From IMG/VR virus record IMGVR_UViG_3300033145_001514, positions 1-44,633 of that record: a DNA stretch of 44,633 bases, one strand, 5' to 3'. The stretch is from a virus. Its lineage: Duplodnaviria; Caudoviricetes. A program made the position numbers and the translations under genes. Shown here piece after piece: positions 43,609-44,633 of the stretch (within the stretch, counting starts at the first letter, position 1; each line of letters opens with the position of its first letter). The notes below the pieces were generated by a model. It did not search any database. It was not told the DNA's origin and worked only from the letters and a program-made list of their open reading frames with translations.

Positions 43609-44633
43609 TATCTTAAACTCTTTTCTAACCACGGGATTATATTCGCTCGATAACCAATCTTTGCAATTGGAGCTGCGGTGGTCGAAGTTATAGTAATGTA
43701 AACATAGAACATCCTGCCGCTTCCATTCGGCTCGACTCTGCCAATAAGATTACTGGCCGTATGAGATTGATTTCCGCTATCAGTAGCACCAGTCGTTGAA
43801 GCAACGTTGTTTTGATAGACCTTTACTGTAACTGTTTTTCCCGCCGTGATGGAGGCGTAGATAATCTCGACTTTGAGCTTATCCTTTATCATTGAAAGTG
43901 AACTCTGACCCATCCAGAAACCTAATACTTGAGCCACCGAAGGACTTGATGGCTCATCGGCATCCTTACCAACGAGAGGATTGCTGCCATCGTTAAGAAA
44001 CGCCTGCATACCACCTGCGGACTCGAAATTGCAACCGCCATACAAAGTAAGATTATAAGGCCCGACAAAAAAGCCCCTATTGGCTTGAAATACTATCTGA
44101 ATATCCCCGACGCACCACCAGTATTCTTTCAATGTCGGTATCCATACTCCGAAACTATTTGTAATATCCGATTGTGAGAGAGCGGTTGATTTACCAGTTC
44201 CGCTTTTAATATCTATCTGTCCATCGCTAATTCGGTTTATCCTGCCGGTATTATCGAGAAGCCACACACCATCCCTATCCGCCCCAAACATACCGTAAGG
44301 GGTATCGACCAACACCTTATCGTTCACCGCCCCGATACCACGCCTGACCACATAGAAGCGATAACCCTCCAGATTACTGGTCGGCTGAAGGTAGCCGGTC
44401 ATTCCGGCAGTCCAGACCCAGACGACCCCGCCCTTTCTCATTGCCGCCGTTACGGTCTGACCCGCCAATTCGGCTATCTCGAACTTGCTTTCTCCATAAG
44501 TGCCGACGGAGAGCAGCGGCTTGCAGGTTACATCAACGCTGTCTATACTTATCTCATATTCAAGGGCAATATCTTCTGGCTGGCCTGAAGACGACCAGTA
44601 GAGCATATTACCAACGAAGTAAAGCATTCTGTT
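43608..44633 (-). CDS. 3' part of the 841-aa tail nozzle/stabilisation-like protein (joins 1..1614)
   Basis: LYWS, IGAV, DGVW, ISDGQID beta-propeller-like motifs; same frame as 1..1614 through the repeat. Confidence 0.75.
   Translation of the reverse strand, partial: NRMLYFVGNMLYWSSSGQPEDIALEYEISIDSVDVTCKPLLSVGTYGESKFEIAELAGQTVTAAMRKGGVVWVWTAGMTGYLQPTSNLEGYRFYVVRRGIGAVNDKVLVDTPYGMFGADRDGVWLLDNTGRINRISDGQIDIKSGTGKSTALSQSDITNSFGVWIPTLKEYWWCVGDIQIVFQANRGFFVGPYNLTLYGGCNFESAGGMQAFLNDGSNPLVGKDADEPSSPSVAQVLGFWMGQSSLSMIKDKLKVEIIYASITAGKTVTVKVYQNNVASTTGATDSGNQSHTASNLIGRVEPNGSGRMFYVYITITSTTAAPIAKIGYRANIIPWLEKSLR
44520..44633. repeat. Terminal direct repeat, right copy
   Basis: Identical to 1-114. Confidence 0.95.

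Overview
The window is an apparently complete, circularly closed tailed-phage genome (Caudoviricetes). Positions 1-114 are identical to 44520-44633, giving a 44,519-bp circle, and one 841-aa tail gene reads through the junction. The architecture is podovirus-like: TerS, a split TerL, portal, scaffold, major capsid, adaptor and nozzle, and three ejection-type proteins, with no tape measure or sheath. Nearly all genes lie on the minus strand. The early and middle region encodes a replication initiator, a DnaC-like loader, an SSB-like protein, an exonuclease, two DNA methyltransferases, DUF5131, Lar and homing endonucleases. I recognised no integrase or CI repressor. A plus-strand moron with its own promoter encodes a GspG-like prepilin of the kind typical of Planctomycetota (Phycisphaerae), which is the best host clue (inference). 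Four signals stand out. (1) A four-gene glycan-building cassette between portal and scaffold, led by an enzyme with polypeptide GalNAc-transferase (GT27)-like motifs, suggesting methylated O-glycosylation of the virion. (2) The pseudopilin moron. (3) Five structured intergenic RNAs with tRNA-like outer geometry, plus two pseudoknot/terminator leaders. (4) A TerL split into two genes around a small ORF. All family assignments come from motif recognition by eye; no searches were run.
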